DNA of 64,000 bases from an uncultured Holophaga sp. (GTDB taxonomy: Bacteria; Acidobacteriota; Holophagae; Holophagales; Holophagaceae), in the NCBI GenBank assembly GCA_963664825.1, contig OY761614.1, forward strand, positions 736,001 to 800,000, in the 5' to 3' direction. The notes beneath the pieces are model-generated. The model made no database searches. It saw only the letters and a program-made list of their open reading frames with translations, and was not told where the DNA came from. Positions 19,200-27,356 of this stretch are shown piece after piece. How positions within the stretch are numbered: the stretch's first letter is position 1; every line of letters begins with the position of its first letter. The position numbers and the translations under genes were made by a program.

Positions 19200-19680
19200 T
19201 TAGTTGGTGCATAGCAGAACCACGTCGTAGACGTAGACTGTCGCCTGAGCGGTGTGGTAGCCGTCCTTTGCATTTCCCGCCCTCGCCGATGAGAGGGTGA
19301 CCCGTACCCGGATGGTTGTGCTGTTTGTAACTGTGATATTTGCGATCGTGACGGGACTGCTCGCGGAAAGGCTAAGGTTCGAGCCAGGGGCCGTGATGGT
19401 CTGGGAATAGGGCCATGTGGAACCGTTATCAAGAGAGATCTCCACTTTGACCGAGGCATTCGTACGGATTGTTGTATCCGCAACGGAGTTGTGCCAGGTA
19501 ACCCCTCCGAGAGTGCCACCGAGGGCGACCATCAGGACTCCATTACGCGTCCCGGTGCCACCCCAGCCCTGATAAACCCCATACGCGTAGTTGATGCCAA
19601 TAGTGGTAGCGGGAGGGGTCTGGGAATTGGTCGAATAGGTGCTAGTTTCAACGCCTGCGCTGAAACGCGACTGGAGGTCG
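19200..19680 (-). pseudogene. C-terminal fragment of a tail fibre/receptor-binding protein
   Basis: Thr/Ser/Gly-rich beta-type sequence (EISLDNGSTW); frame is open upstream of Met 19532 to about 19680; lower GC. Confidence 0.6.
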
Positions 19681-19852
19681 TGACGGGATCATCGGTCACC
19701 GTCACATTGGGCAGCGTCCGGAGATAGACGGCCTGGGCGGCGGTGATGGGGATCGCCGTATCGGCCGTCAGTTCCAGGCCGGAGGCCGGAATGGAGGGAT
19801 CGTTGCTGGAGTTGAGGCAGAGCGTGCTGCCGGTGTGGATCGCTTTGGGCAT
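19532..19852 (-). pseudogene. Small virion gene truncated at a deletion junction
   Basis: MPKAIHTGSTLCLNSS...LPNVTVTDDP, then out-of-frame read-through into tail-fibre DNA. Confidence 0.5.
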
Positions 19853-19856
19853 GGGG

Positions 19857-20240
19857 TCATCCGATGAGTTGGGCGAAGAGCGCCCCGACGAAAACGGGGT
19901 GGAGGCGCTCTGGGCGAGTGGTTTTGGGAACGAAATTGGTGTGGGCCTCTTCCATCCAGGCCCGAATGGCGAAAAGGGCGTCCATGGCGCTCTGGCGCCG
20001 GACCTTCTGATCCGTCCCAGGCACCACGGCGCAGAAAGCGAAGTCGATCGCATCTCCGCCACGCACGACATGGTTGCCTCCCACCACGGCCACCAGCAGG
20101 TGGGGCGCTGCCAGGTTCAGTTCGTCGTTTTCCAGATCCACCTGGCCTGCCAGGGATTCGATGGCGAATTCCCGGAGTTCAGGCAGATCGGCAGCGATCA
20201 GGGCTTCCACGGCGGATTCCTCGAGGGCAGTGACGTTCAT
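19857..20240 (-). CDS. Probable tail-terminator (Mu gp37-position) protein
   Basis: AGGAGG SD; ATGA overlap with the upstream gene; MNVTALEESAVEAL..., 127 aa. Call rests mainly on synteny. Confidence 0.6.
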   Translation of the reverse strand: MNVTALEESAVEALIAADLPELREFAIESLAGQVDLENDELNLAAPHLLVAVVGGNHVVRGGDAIDFAFCAVVPGTDQKVRRQSAMDALFAIRAWMEEAHTNFVPKTTRPERLHPVFVGALFAQLIG

Positions 20241-20821
20241 GCGCCCTCCTGGATCCGTCCGGTGAGGATGAAGGTGGTCACCATCTCGGCGTAGTTCTCC
20301 GCCTCCCCAGGCTGAAAGAGGAGGTAGGGGCGGGCGGGCATGGGAATGCCATAGGCCCCATGGGTGAAGGCCCGCTCCACGGCCCGCTTGTGATGGCCAG
20401 CCGCAAAAACCGCCAGGTGGGAATTCCGCCCCTCGGTTCCCTGCCGGAGCAGACGGCCCTTGGCGTCCGTGCGCAGGCGCACGGTGCCGCTCTTTGCAGA
20501 ACGGGGGATGATGCCCCCCTCCTGATGGATCCGGGCGTAAGGCCAATTCGAGCCGATGGCGACGGTTTTCCCCTGCACTTGGGCCACGACCGAGCGGGCC
20601 AGGTTGCCCGACCATGTGAGGATCTTGCTCTTCCCTCTGGCGGTCTTCCGCCGACGGGTGGCCTTCTTCACTTCCTGCCAGCGATCGGGGCGCCCCTCGG
20701 CCCGGAAGTTCTGCTCCGTGCTTCGGATCATCAGATCCCCGATCGCCTTCAGGACGGGCGTCGGGTCCTCCGCCCTGGCCTGGGTAGCTTGCAGACTGGT
20801 GAGCAGCTCCTGAGGTGTCAT
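20237..20821 (-). CDS. Phage virion morphogenesis protein (Mu gpG-like)
   Basis: NFRAEGRPDRW, ILTWSGNLARS, IGSNWPYARIHQEGG and MPARPYL. Confidence 0.9.
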   Translation of the reverse strand: MTPQELLTSLQATQARAEDPTPVLKAIGDLMIRSTEQNFRAEGRPDRWQEVKKATRRRKTARGKSKILTWSGNLARSVVAQVQGKTVAIGSNWPYARIHQEGGIIPRSAKSGTVRLRTDAKGRLLRQGTEGRNSHLAVFAAGHHKRAVERAFTHGAYGIPMPARPYLLFQPGEAENYAEMVTTFILTGRIQEGA

Positions 20822-21249
20822 GGGCGCCCCCCGAAGGCGCCGTCCACGGCATGGGCCGGGTCCAGCACCTCGATGCGATGAGCGGAGGTGGACCCCGCCA
20901 GGCCGCCCGGAATCGGGATCTCTCCCGAGGCCAGGCGATCCAGCAGAGCCCGACTGCGTTTGATGCGACTGTCCCAGCCCTCGGGGATCTTGGCGGCCAT
21001 GCCCTTCTGGCGGAGATAGAGGGCCTCCACCGCCAGGTCCAGGCAGATCTCCCGGAGGATCCCCTCCGGGGTGACCGGAAGGGCATGTCCAGCCAACACG
21101 CCCCGAACCTCCACCTCCGCCCGGTCCAGGACGCCCTGCAGCACCGTTTCGTCAGGAGCGGCCGCACGTCCTTCTCCGGTGGAGAGGGTGATCAGGTCCG
21201 CCTGGGAGAGGCGGGCTTGCAGGGCGGAGGGCTGGAACCATGCGCTCAT
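20818..21249 (-). CDS. Mu gp36/DUF1320 head-tail joining protein
   Basis: LDRAEVEVRGVLAG..LPVTP...LREICLDLAVEALY...LLDRLASGEI. Confidence 0.85.
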   Translation of the reverse strand: MSAWFQPSALQARLSQADLITLSTGEGRAAAPDETVLQGVLDRAEVEVRGVLAGHALPVTPEGILREICLDLAVEALYLRQKGMAAKIPEGWDSRIKRSRALLDRLASGEIPIPGGLAGSTSAHRIEVLDPAHAVDGAFGGRP

Positions 21250-21251
21250 GG

Positions 21252-22151
21252 CTACAGCACGCCGGAGAGGCCGCGACCGAGGTCGGCGCCGACCTTCTTC
21301 ATGTCATAGGCCGCACCCAGGGCGATGACGCTGCCACCGGAATTGCCGATCTCCGGGTCTTCCCAGAGGCGCACCAGGCGCCCCCGGTCATTGGCCGCAT
21401 AGACCTGGCTGGTGGTCTTCGGGGCCTCGGAAGCATAGAGTTCCTGCCCCTCCAGCTCGAAGATGGCGGCGAAGGTGGCATCGGCCTCGCTCAGTTCGTC
21501 CTGGGGAGCGCGGTAGCAGAGGAAGACCTCGTCGCCCCAGACGTAGTCATAGACCGCCGCCCGGCCCTTGGGGGTGGTGATGCCCTTCATCTCGGGCACC
21601 AGGATCTCCTTCACCTCAAAGATCTCCGCCAGCTGGGGGAGCGTCAGGGATCCGGGCTGGGCGTTTCCGCGCAGGGCCAGCATCTTGGGGTGGTATTGCA
21701 GACGGTCCACCACCCGACGGCCCAGGACGCAGAGGTTGCTGCCCATGAGGACCTTCTGACGCAGGGCCTTCATGTCCTTGACGGGATCGGAGGCGTCGTC
21801 GGACCACTTGGTGGCCACGGCGTCGTGGGTGAATCCGGCCACCAGGACGGCGGCATCGGCTTCCACATCCATATCCAGCTTTCCCTGAAGGGTCTGAACC
21901 GCCCGATTGACGCGGTTGACCTGGAAGGGGGTGAGGGTCTGGATGCCGAAGGGCACTTCCTGGCGGAGGCCCCAATCCTTGCAGGCATAGCCGTCCGTCG
22001 TTTCACCTTCGGTGATGGACTTGGGGCGGGCTAGGCGGGCCATCTTGCCGCTCTCACGGCGGAACACGGCCTCCTTGTCGAAGAGGGTGTAGGTGCCGCC
22101 CCGGAGGGACACCGGCACTCGGTTGAAGAGCCGCCGGGCAATGGGGAGCAT
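21252..22151 (-). CDS. Phage major capsid protein, probably missing a short N-terminus
   Basis: IARRLFNRVPV..GTY..FDKE, KWSD..SDPVKD, LQYHP and VWGD motifs; GGAGGA 9 nt before ATG 22151. Confidence 0.8.
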   Translation of the reverse strand: MLPIARRLFNRVPVSLRGGTYTLFDKEAVFRRESGKMARLARPKSITEGETTDGYACKDWGLRQEVPFGIQTLTPFQVNRVNRAVQTLQGKLDMDVEADAAVLVAGFTHDAVATKWSDDASDPVKDMKALRQKVLMGSNLCVLGRRVVDRLQYHPKMLALRGNAQPGSLTLPQLAEIFEVKEILVPEMKGITTPKGRAAVYDYVWGDEVFLCYRAPQDELSEADATFAAIFELEGQELYASEAPKTTSQVYAANDRGRLVRLWEDPEIGNSGGSVIALGAAYDMKKVGADLGRGLSGVL

Positions 22152-22312
22152 GTGCCATCGTCCTCCAACTTCCAATCAGGGGAATTCGAAGGTTGGATAA
22201 GGGAATTTGCAGGTTGTGGCGATGGCGTGCTTGGTTGTGGCGTGGTTCCGATTAGCGACACAACCGCCGCAACCTTCGGTTGCGTCGCCAAGATGGTAGC
22301 CAGGGATTCCAT
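22152..22312 (-). pseudogene. 5' stub of the early gene after ner, cut by the internal deletion
   Basis: MESLATILATQPK...; runs out of frame into capsid DNA; composition shifts near 22150. Confidence 0.5.
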
Positions 22313-22321
22313 CGGTGATCC

Positions 22322-22654
22322 CTATGCCACATTCTCGGCCTGGCGGCCCCACATACGATTAGCTTCGAGACCAAGGCGAGTCGCAATTACATTCTCAACG
22401 GTGGCATCGCGGCGGGTACGGTCGATAACTTGATGAAAGTAGGCGTCGCTATAACCAGCCGCCTCTGCCATGGGTTTGACCTCAACACCCTTGAATTTGA
22501 GCAGGGCGCGGATGGTCTGGGACATCAGGCTGCCATCGGCGTTCACCCCACCAGCCATAATGAGTTGAACGTCCTGGGTGCTCCTCAGGAAGACATTTAG
22601 ATCTGCAGGCAAGCCATAGGCCGCCCTCTTACGTTGGGCCTTTTCGGGTAGCAT
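22322..22654 (-). CDS. Ner/Nlp-like HTH regulator
   Basis: IRALLKFKG...MAEAAGYS...ENVIATRLGLEANRMW; divergent from the repressor; GGAG SD before ATG 22654. Confidence 0.75.
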   Translation of the reverse strand: MLPEKAQRKRAAYGLPADLNVFLRSTQDVQLIMAGGVNADGSLMSQTIRALLKFKGVEVKPMAEAAGYSDAYFHQVIDRTRRDATVENVIATRLGLEANRMWGRQAENVA

Positions 22655-22697
22655 CTTGGTCTCCAGTTGCTTTGAACACGAAGCGTGTCTGTCCACT

Positions 22698-22725
22698 AGA
22701 ATAGATTCTGAACGAATCGCGTCAA
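22698..22725 (-). promoter_or_regulatory. Early (Pe-like) promoter
   Basis: TTGACG-16 nt-TATTCT on the minus strand; GATTC-N5-GAATC palindrome in the spacer. Confidence 0.5.
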
Positions 22726-22752
22726 CTCTTTTTTGAGTCTAAACGTATCAAA

Positions 22753-23475
22753 ATGGATAACTCCCAGCCACATGAGAGACTTACATTGGCGAGGCAAACC
22801 CTTGGCCACAGCCAACGAGCGTTCGCTATTCCCCTAGATGTCTCCCAGGCGGCCGTGCATCGCTGGGAATCAGGGGATGTAGCGTTGACACGTATCGTAT
22901 TGACCGCGATTGAACACATCCACGGGATTTCTGAGCACTGGGTCAATACTGGCGAAGGCCTTATGTGGGCCCCAAAAAACACATCTCCCGAAGGCGGCGC
23001 CGACCTGGAATACCGCCCTCTCATCTCGGGCGCGGCCTCGTGTGGCCCTGGTGGGGAGATCGCCGACCCTGGCCCAACGGCAATGCGAATGCCCTTCCGC
23101 AAAGACTTCCTCCAGGAGCTGCTCCAAGAAAGCGGTGCCGGATCCACAGAAGATCTCTATGTCGTGGAATGCTCCGGTGAATCCATGCGGCCAGCCGTCC
23201 ACCCTGGCGACATGGCTCTCATCAACACATCCCTTGAACTTCGGATACAACCCAAGCGGAACGCCCTCTACCTAGTGCGTTCCGACCCAGCCAGTGCAGA
23301 GGGCCGCATCAAGCGAGTCCGCATTGATGCCGATGGTCAGCTCTGGTTCATGTCGGATGCACCAGGCTTTCCACCAATCGCTGTCGACCTGGATAGCCTG
23401 CCCTTGCAGAGCCTCATCCTTGGCCGCATCTGCTGGCTTGCCCGCAGCGTCGTTAAGGACGAGCGGAACTGGTAG
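22753..23475 (+). CDS. CI/LexA-type phage repressor (XRE HTH plus S24 peptidase)
   Basis: HSQRAFAIPLDVSQAAVHRWESG HTH; ASCG cleavage-site motif; GESM Ser and IKRV Lys. Confidence 0.9.
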   Translation: MDNSQPHERLTLARQTLGHSQRAFAIPLDVSQAAVHRWESGDVALTRIVLTAIEHIHGISEHWVNTGEGLMWAPKNTSPEGGADLEYRPLISGAASCGPGGEIADPGPTAMRMPFRKDFLQELLQESGAGSTEDLYVVECSGESMRPAVHPGDMALINTSLELRIQPKRNALYLVRSDPASAEGRIKRVRIDADGQLWFMSDAPGFPPIAVDLDSLPLQSLILGRICWLARSVVKDERNW

Positions 23476-23485
23476 GCGGCTCGTT

Positions 23486-23706
23486 CCAAACATATTGACG
23501 GATTTAGAAGGTCCACGAAGGATCCGAAGCTCATCCGCAGCATCCGCGCATTCTTTTTGACGGATTTCCGCTTCGTTACGCGTCATCCGTCCCAAACTTA
23601 TTGACGGATTCGCAGGTATTCAGATCACCATGAAAGCCCCGCCCGCATTGAATTTCAGGCCATGTGCCCGAATCGGTCGTCATGCGAATCATTTCGACGG
23701 ATCACA
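23486..23706. repeat. Left-end transposase-binding site array
   Basis: TTGACGGATT-containing sites at 23486-23504, 23548-23566 and 23592-23610; terminal site CGAATCATTTCGACGGATCACA at 23685-23706. Confidence 0.85.
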
Positions 23707-24821
23707 CAGACGCTGGATGCCGGCGGTGTTTTGAAACAGCCAAAGTAGTCCCGGTCCCCCTGGAGCAGGTGGTCGCGGACCACCTCCACGGCGAGGAAGG
23801 TCACCAATCGCCCCAGATCCAGGCGGCCCGCATCCAGATCCTGTTCCAGGTCCTGGATGGAACTCAACAGCCGCTGGTGCTCGGCGGCATGGGCGGGAAG
23901 GGCCGGGTAGCCAACTTCCAGAAGCCGCGCCTCCTCGTCATGGAAGTGCTGCGCCACGTGGGCGATGAGGCGCCGCAGGTGGAGCCCCAGATCGGCCGAG
24001 GGCTGGCCGCCGTCCATGGAGGCGAAGAGACTGTTCGTCAGTTCGAAGAGTTCCTGGTGCTGGGCATCGATCTGGGGCTGCCCGGAGGCGTATGCGTCGT
24101 CCCAGTTCAGCCGGAAGGGGATGGCGTGGACACCTTCCAGGAGCCCCACCACCCTCGACGCGCACTCCAGGCGGTTCCGCCCCCCCTCCTTGGCGCGATA
24201 TAGAGCCTGGTCCCCCCGGGCGATCCAGTGTTCAAACTCCTCCCCCAGCCCATACTCGGCTACGCCCAGACTCAGGGTGAGGCTTCCGCAGCCGGGAAAG
24301 ACCGTGGAGGCCACGGCCAGACGGATTTTCTCGCCCAAAGCCATCGCCCCCTCCAGGCGCGTCCCCGCCGCCAGGATCAGGAATTCCTCCCCTCCCCAAC
24401 GGGCCAGGAAATCCGAAGCCCGCAACTGCTCGCGCACCACCTCGGCCACGGTGGCCAGCACCGCGTCCCCGACGGCATGACCGTAGGTGTCGTTGACGCG
24501 CTTGAAGTAGTCCAGATCGAAGAACAGGAGGCTGAGAGGGTCCCCCCGGCGACCCGCCAGGGCGATGAGGGTAGTCCCGGCCTCCTCCAGGCGCCGACGG
24601 TTCCACAATCCCGTCAGCCGGTCGGTGCCCGCCACCCGCTCGAGGCTCTCGACAACATTGAGCAGCTCCCGGTTGGCATGTTCCGCCGCATCCCTGGCGC
24701 GTTCCGCCTCTGCCAGGTACCGACATGACCTCCTTCCACCCAGGAGATAGCCGATCCACGCCCCGCCGAGGAGGAGCGACAGACCCAGCAGCCAGGGGAT
24801 AGAGAGCATGAACCTACTCAT
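23655..24821 (-). CDS. Membrane-anchored diguanylate cyclase with C-terminal bacteriohemerythrin
   Basis: TM helix; DLDYFKRVNDTYGH and RWGGEEF; IDAQH, HFHDEE, HAAEH and HLLQGD iron ligands; ATGA overlap with tadA. Confidence 0.9.
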   Translation of the reverse strand: MSRFMLSIPWLLGLSLLLGGAWIGYLLGGRRSCRYLAEAERARDAAEHANRELLNVVESLERVAGTDRLTGLWNRRRLEEAGTTLIALAGRRGDPLSLLFFDLDYFKRVNDTYGHAVGDAVLATVAEVVREQLRASDFLARWGGEEFLILAAGTRLEGAMALGEKIRLAVASTVFPGCGSLTLSLGVAEYGLGEEFEHWIARGDQALYRAKEGGRNRLECASRVVGLLEGVHAIPFRLNWDDAYASGQPQIDAQHQELFELTNSLFASMDGGQPSADLGLHLRRLIAHVAQHFHDEEARLLEVGYPALPAHAAEHQRLLSSIQDLEQDLDAGRLDLGRLVTFLAVEVVRDHLLQGDRDYFGCFKTPPASSVCVIRRNDSHDDRFGHMA

Positions 24822-25279
24822 CGACGGCGATGGAAGAAGGCTTGAAGCACCGCTCGGCATTCGGTCTCCAGCAATCCGCCTTCCAGGCTGAAGCGGTGGT
24901 TGAGGTTGGCCCGTTCCAGGAGCTCCCGGTGCTGGGAGACGCCCACCTTGGGATCCGGCGCGCCGTAGACCACCCGCTCCACCCGGGCGTGCGTCAGGGC
25001 GCCGAAGCACATGAGGCAGGGTTCCAGGGTCACGTAGAGGGTGGCGCCCACCATGCGGTAGTTCTTCAGCCATTCGCAGGCACTGCGCAGGGCCATGATC
25101 TCCGCGTGAGCGCTGGGGTCATGGCGCCCGACGGGGCAATTGTGGCCCCGGGCCACGAGCTGGCCGTCCAGCACCAGCACCGCCCCAATGGGCACTTCGT
25201 CCTCCCGATCCGCCTGTTCCGAGGCTTCCAGGGCGAGTTTCATGAAGTAGAGATCATCATCGGTCCACATGACGCTCAT
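24818..25279 (-). CDS. tadA: tRNA adenosine(34) deaminase
   Basis: EVPIGAV, HDPSAHAE and LYVTLEPCLMC; start at 25279 or 25270. Confidence 0.92.
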   Translation of the reverse strand: MSVMWTDDDLYFMKLALEASEQADREDEVPIGAVLVLDGQLVARGHNCPVGRHDPSAHAEIMALRSACEWLKNYRMVGATLYVTLEPCLMCFGALTHARVERVVYGAPDPKVGVSQHRELLERANLNHRFSLEGGLLETECRAVLQAFFHRRR

Positions 25280-27117
25280 CTTCGCATTGGAGCAGTGAGC
25301 CTTGTGAAGACTTGCCATTCGCGGTCCAGGGCCACCACGTTTGCATCCCGATGCAGCTTCACCAGAGCCTCGCGCAGGAAGCCGAAAATCGGCTGGGCCG
25401 CTTCCATCCAGGCCTCCCGATCGCGGAGGTTCTGGGGAAATTGCCCCAGCCCTGTCCGGGCCTCCTGGAACCATTGGCGCATGGCCTCGAAATCCGCCTG
25501 AGAGCGCAGGGCCTCGGCGACGGCCTCGTGGACCTCCCTGGGCAGTCCCACAATCCACCGAGTCTTGGAGCCCCAGAGTTCCACCTGCTGGGCCATGTTC
25601 AACACCGAGGGATGCCGGGGATGGAAGGCCGCCCAGCTCACCCAGGCCTTCCAGAATGCGGGTTGGGAGGGCCAGTGCCGGATCGCTTCCTCCAGTTCGG
25701 GCAACACCTTCAGGGCCGCATTCGCCCAGAGATCGGGATCCGGGTGCCAGGCCTTCTCCTGGCGAAAGGGCAGAGGGATCCAGGCAAGACGGGCATCCTC
25801 GGCCAGATTCCACTCCAGCACAGGCTGGGGCATCCTCGATAGCTGAAGGGAAAATCGCTCCCGGCGCACATCCAGGTTCCCGGGATCCCGGGAAAGGCGC
25901 TCATCCAGGCGCTGCAACTGGGTCAAGCCACCCATGGCCAATCGCTCTGCCAAGGCCTGAGCGCTGGGACACGCGAGCTCCGAAGCCAGCATCGTTTCGC
26001 CCTGGAAAAGGGCCCAGCGGGGTTCTTCGGACCAGCCCAACCGCTCCCGCTGGAGGACCGTCGTCTCGGCAGCCGACTCCCACCGCAATTCCTCGGGCCC
26101 CCAGGGGACCAGGGGCACCGAGAAGCGGAGCGCCTCCCAGCGTCCCGCCCAATCGGCTTTGCCGAAGCGCACCAGGCGAAGGGGCTCGAAGGCGGGCGGC
26201 GGAGGCTGGGGCCTCAACTCCCAGGGCACCTGGGATCCCTCGCCGCTCCCCAGAAACTCACCCAGATTCACCCATCCTTCGCCCAGGATCCGCCTGGCGC
26301 TCTTGGGCTCTCGCCGCCAGGCTTCCAGCATTTCCGGCCGCATCCGCTCGGCAATGCCCCGCACCCGGGGCGATTCACCTGCCCCCACAGGCCCGAGGCC
26401 CCCCATGCGCAGGAAGTCGGCCCGGCACCGGGTCCATTGGGGCACCCTCATGAGCCCTTCCAGCCCATCGGCCATTTCCTTGAATATCTCGTCAGCCCGC
26501 ACAGCGACTGCGGTTACAGCGCTATCACCGGAACCATAACCCGACCGCTGGCCGGATCGCAACCGGGATGAGAAAGCCGTGCCTTGGCCCTCGAGATTCG
26601 CGATCCGCAGCTGCGCCAACCGAAACCCGCACTGGGCCAGGTCCAGCCATGCCTCGCCCTGCTCCGGGTGTTCCCTCAGGAAGGCCTCCCGACGCTCCCA
26701 AGTGGTCCGGTAGCCCGCGGCGGCGAGGGTCTCCAGGATCTTGTCAGCAGGGGGAACGCCGCGTCCTTCCAGGGCCTTTCGTCCCCTGGAATCCAGAAGC
26801 GCCCAGGGAAGGGGATCCGTCGGACGCTTCGCTGCGTTTCGCATTGTCTCGGCGATCCGTGGGCCTGCCGTGGAGACGAGTAGATCCCCGCCAGCCACGA
26901 GCCTGCATAGCTCGTCCTGCTGGCGCCACTCCGCTCCGGGCTGATCCCCCGAAGCCAGCTCCAATACCCAGGGCGTCGAGCGCGGACTTTGCCCCAGGAC
27001 TGGCAGCCCGAGAGAGGACTTCCGATCAGCCCGCAGTTGTTCAGGCCTCCAGGGCACAGGTGCTGGCCCTTGCGCCAGGACAGGCAGCACGAGGAGAAGG
27101 GCCGGGAGGCTGTGCAT
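25276..27117 (-). CDS. Secreted hypothetical protein (613 aa)
   Basis: Signal peptide; two loosely similar halves (WALLD/WALFQ..G..P.A..L.E.LA..G); coupled to tadA. Confidence 0.75.
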   Translation of the reverse strand: MHSLPALLLVLPVLAQGPAPVPWRPEQLRADRKSSLGLPVLGQSPRSTPWVLELASGDQPGAEWRQQDELCRLVAGGDLLVSTAGPRIAETMRNAAKRPTDPLPWALLDSRGRKALEGRGVPPADKILETLAAAGYRTTWERREAFLREHPEQGEAWLDLAQCGFRLAQLRIANLEGQGTAFSSRLRSGQRSGYGSGDSAVTAVAVRADEIFKEMADGLEGLMRVPQWTRCRADFLRMGGLGPVGAGESPRVRGIAERMRPEMLEAWRREPKSARRILGEGWVNLGEFLGSGEGSQVPWELRPQPPPPAFEPLRLVRFGKADWAGRWEALRFSVPLVPWGPEELRWESAAETTVLQRERLGWSEEPRWALFQGETMLASELACPSAQALAERLAMGGLTQLQRLDERLSRDPGNLDVRRERFSLQLSRMPQPVLEWNLAEDARLAWIPLPFRQEKAWHPDPDLWANAALKVLPELEEAIRHWPSQPAFWKAWVSWAAFHPRHPSVLNMAQQVELWGSKTRWIVGLPREVHEAVAEALRSQADFEAMRQWFQEARTGLGQFPQNLRDREAWMEAAQPIFGFLREALVKLHRDANVVALDREWQVFTRLTAPMRR

Positions 27118-27233
27118 GGAATGGATCCAAGGAAGAAAGAAGTATTGTCTCCTGGGTGGCCCTCAAATTCGAGACTGTTTCTCAACCCAATTCAGTTCCA
27201 CAATCCACAAGGTCTCCACCAGGAGGCCTATCC

Positions 27234-27275
27234 ATGAAAGCGCCGCCAGGGCATGTCTGGCGGCGCTTTTTCTAG
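27234..27275 (+). promoter_or_regulatory. Candidate attenuator: 13-aa leader peptide running through an intrinsic terminator
   Basis: AGGAGG-7 nt-ATG, MKAPPGHVWRRFF*; stem AAAGCGCCGCCAG / CTGGCGGCGCTTT followed by TT. Confidence 0.7.
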
Positions 27276-27356
27276 AAGGAGGCACGCGTGAGGGCACACC
27301 TGATCCTGCAGGACGGCACCACCTTCCGGGGCAGGGCACCCCTGGGCTTCGGGGGC

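Larger units (their letters stand above)
18766..23706 (-). mobile_element. 4,941-bp mini-Mu (internally deleted Mu-like prophage with both ends)
   Basis: TG..CA termini, CAGAC direct repeat at 18761-18765 and 23707-23711, repeated end-binding sites, repressor/ner at one end and virion genes toward the other. Confidence 0.93.

Noticed and set aside
23616..23630. Alternative left termini at earlier CA dinucleotides
   Set aside because: Only 23706 gives the same TG-to-site spacing as the right end, the CAGAC duplication and a restored host stop codon.
12181..23706. One intact prophage or gene transfer agent
   Set aside because: Separate right ends, an intervening tRNA and IS256, a broken portal, and no transposase, protease or tail module.
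27234..27275. Homology of the leader (HVWRR) to the fungal arginine attenuator peptide, or a PyrR-binding loop
   Set aside because: The match is a few residues constrained by the hairpin and lacks the upstream Asp-Tyr; no convincing PyrR consensus loop was found.
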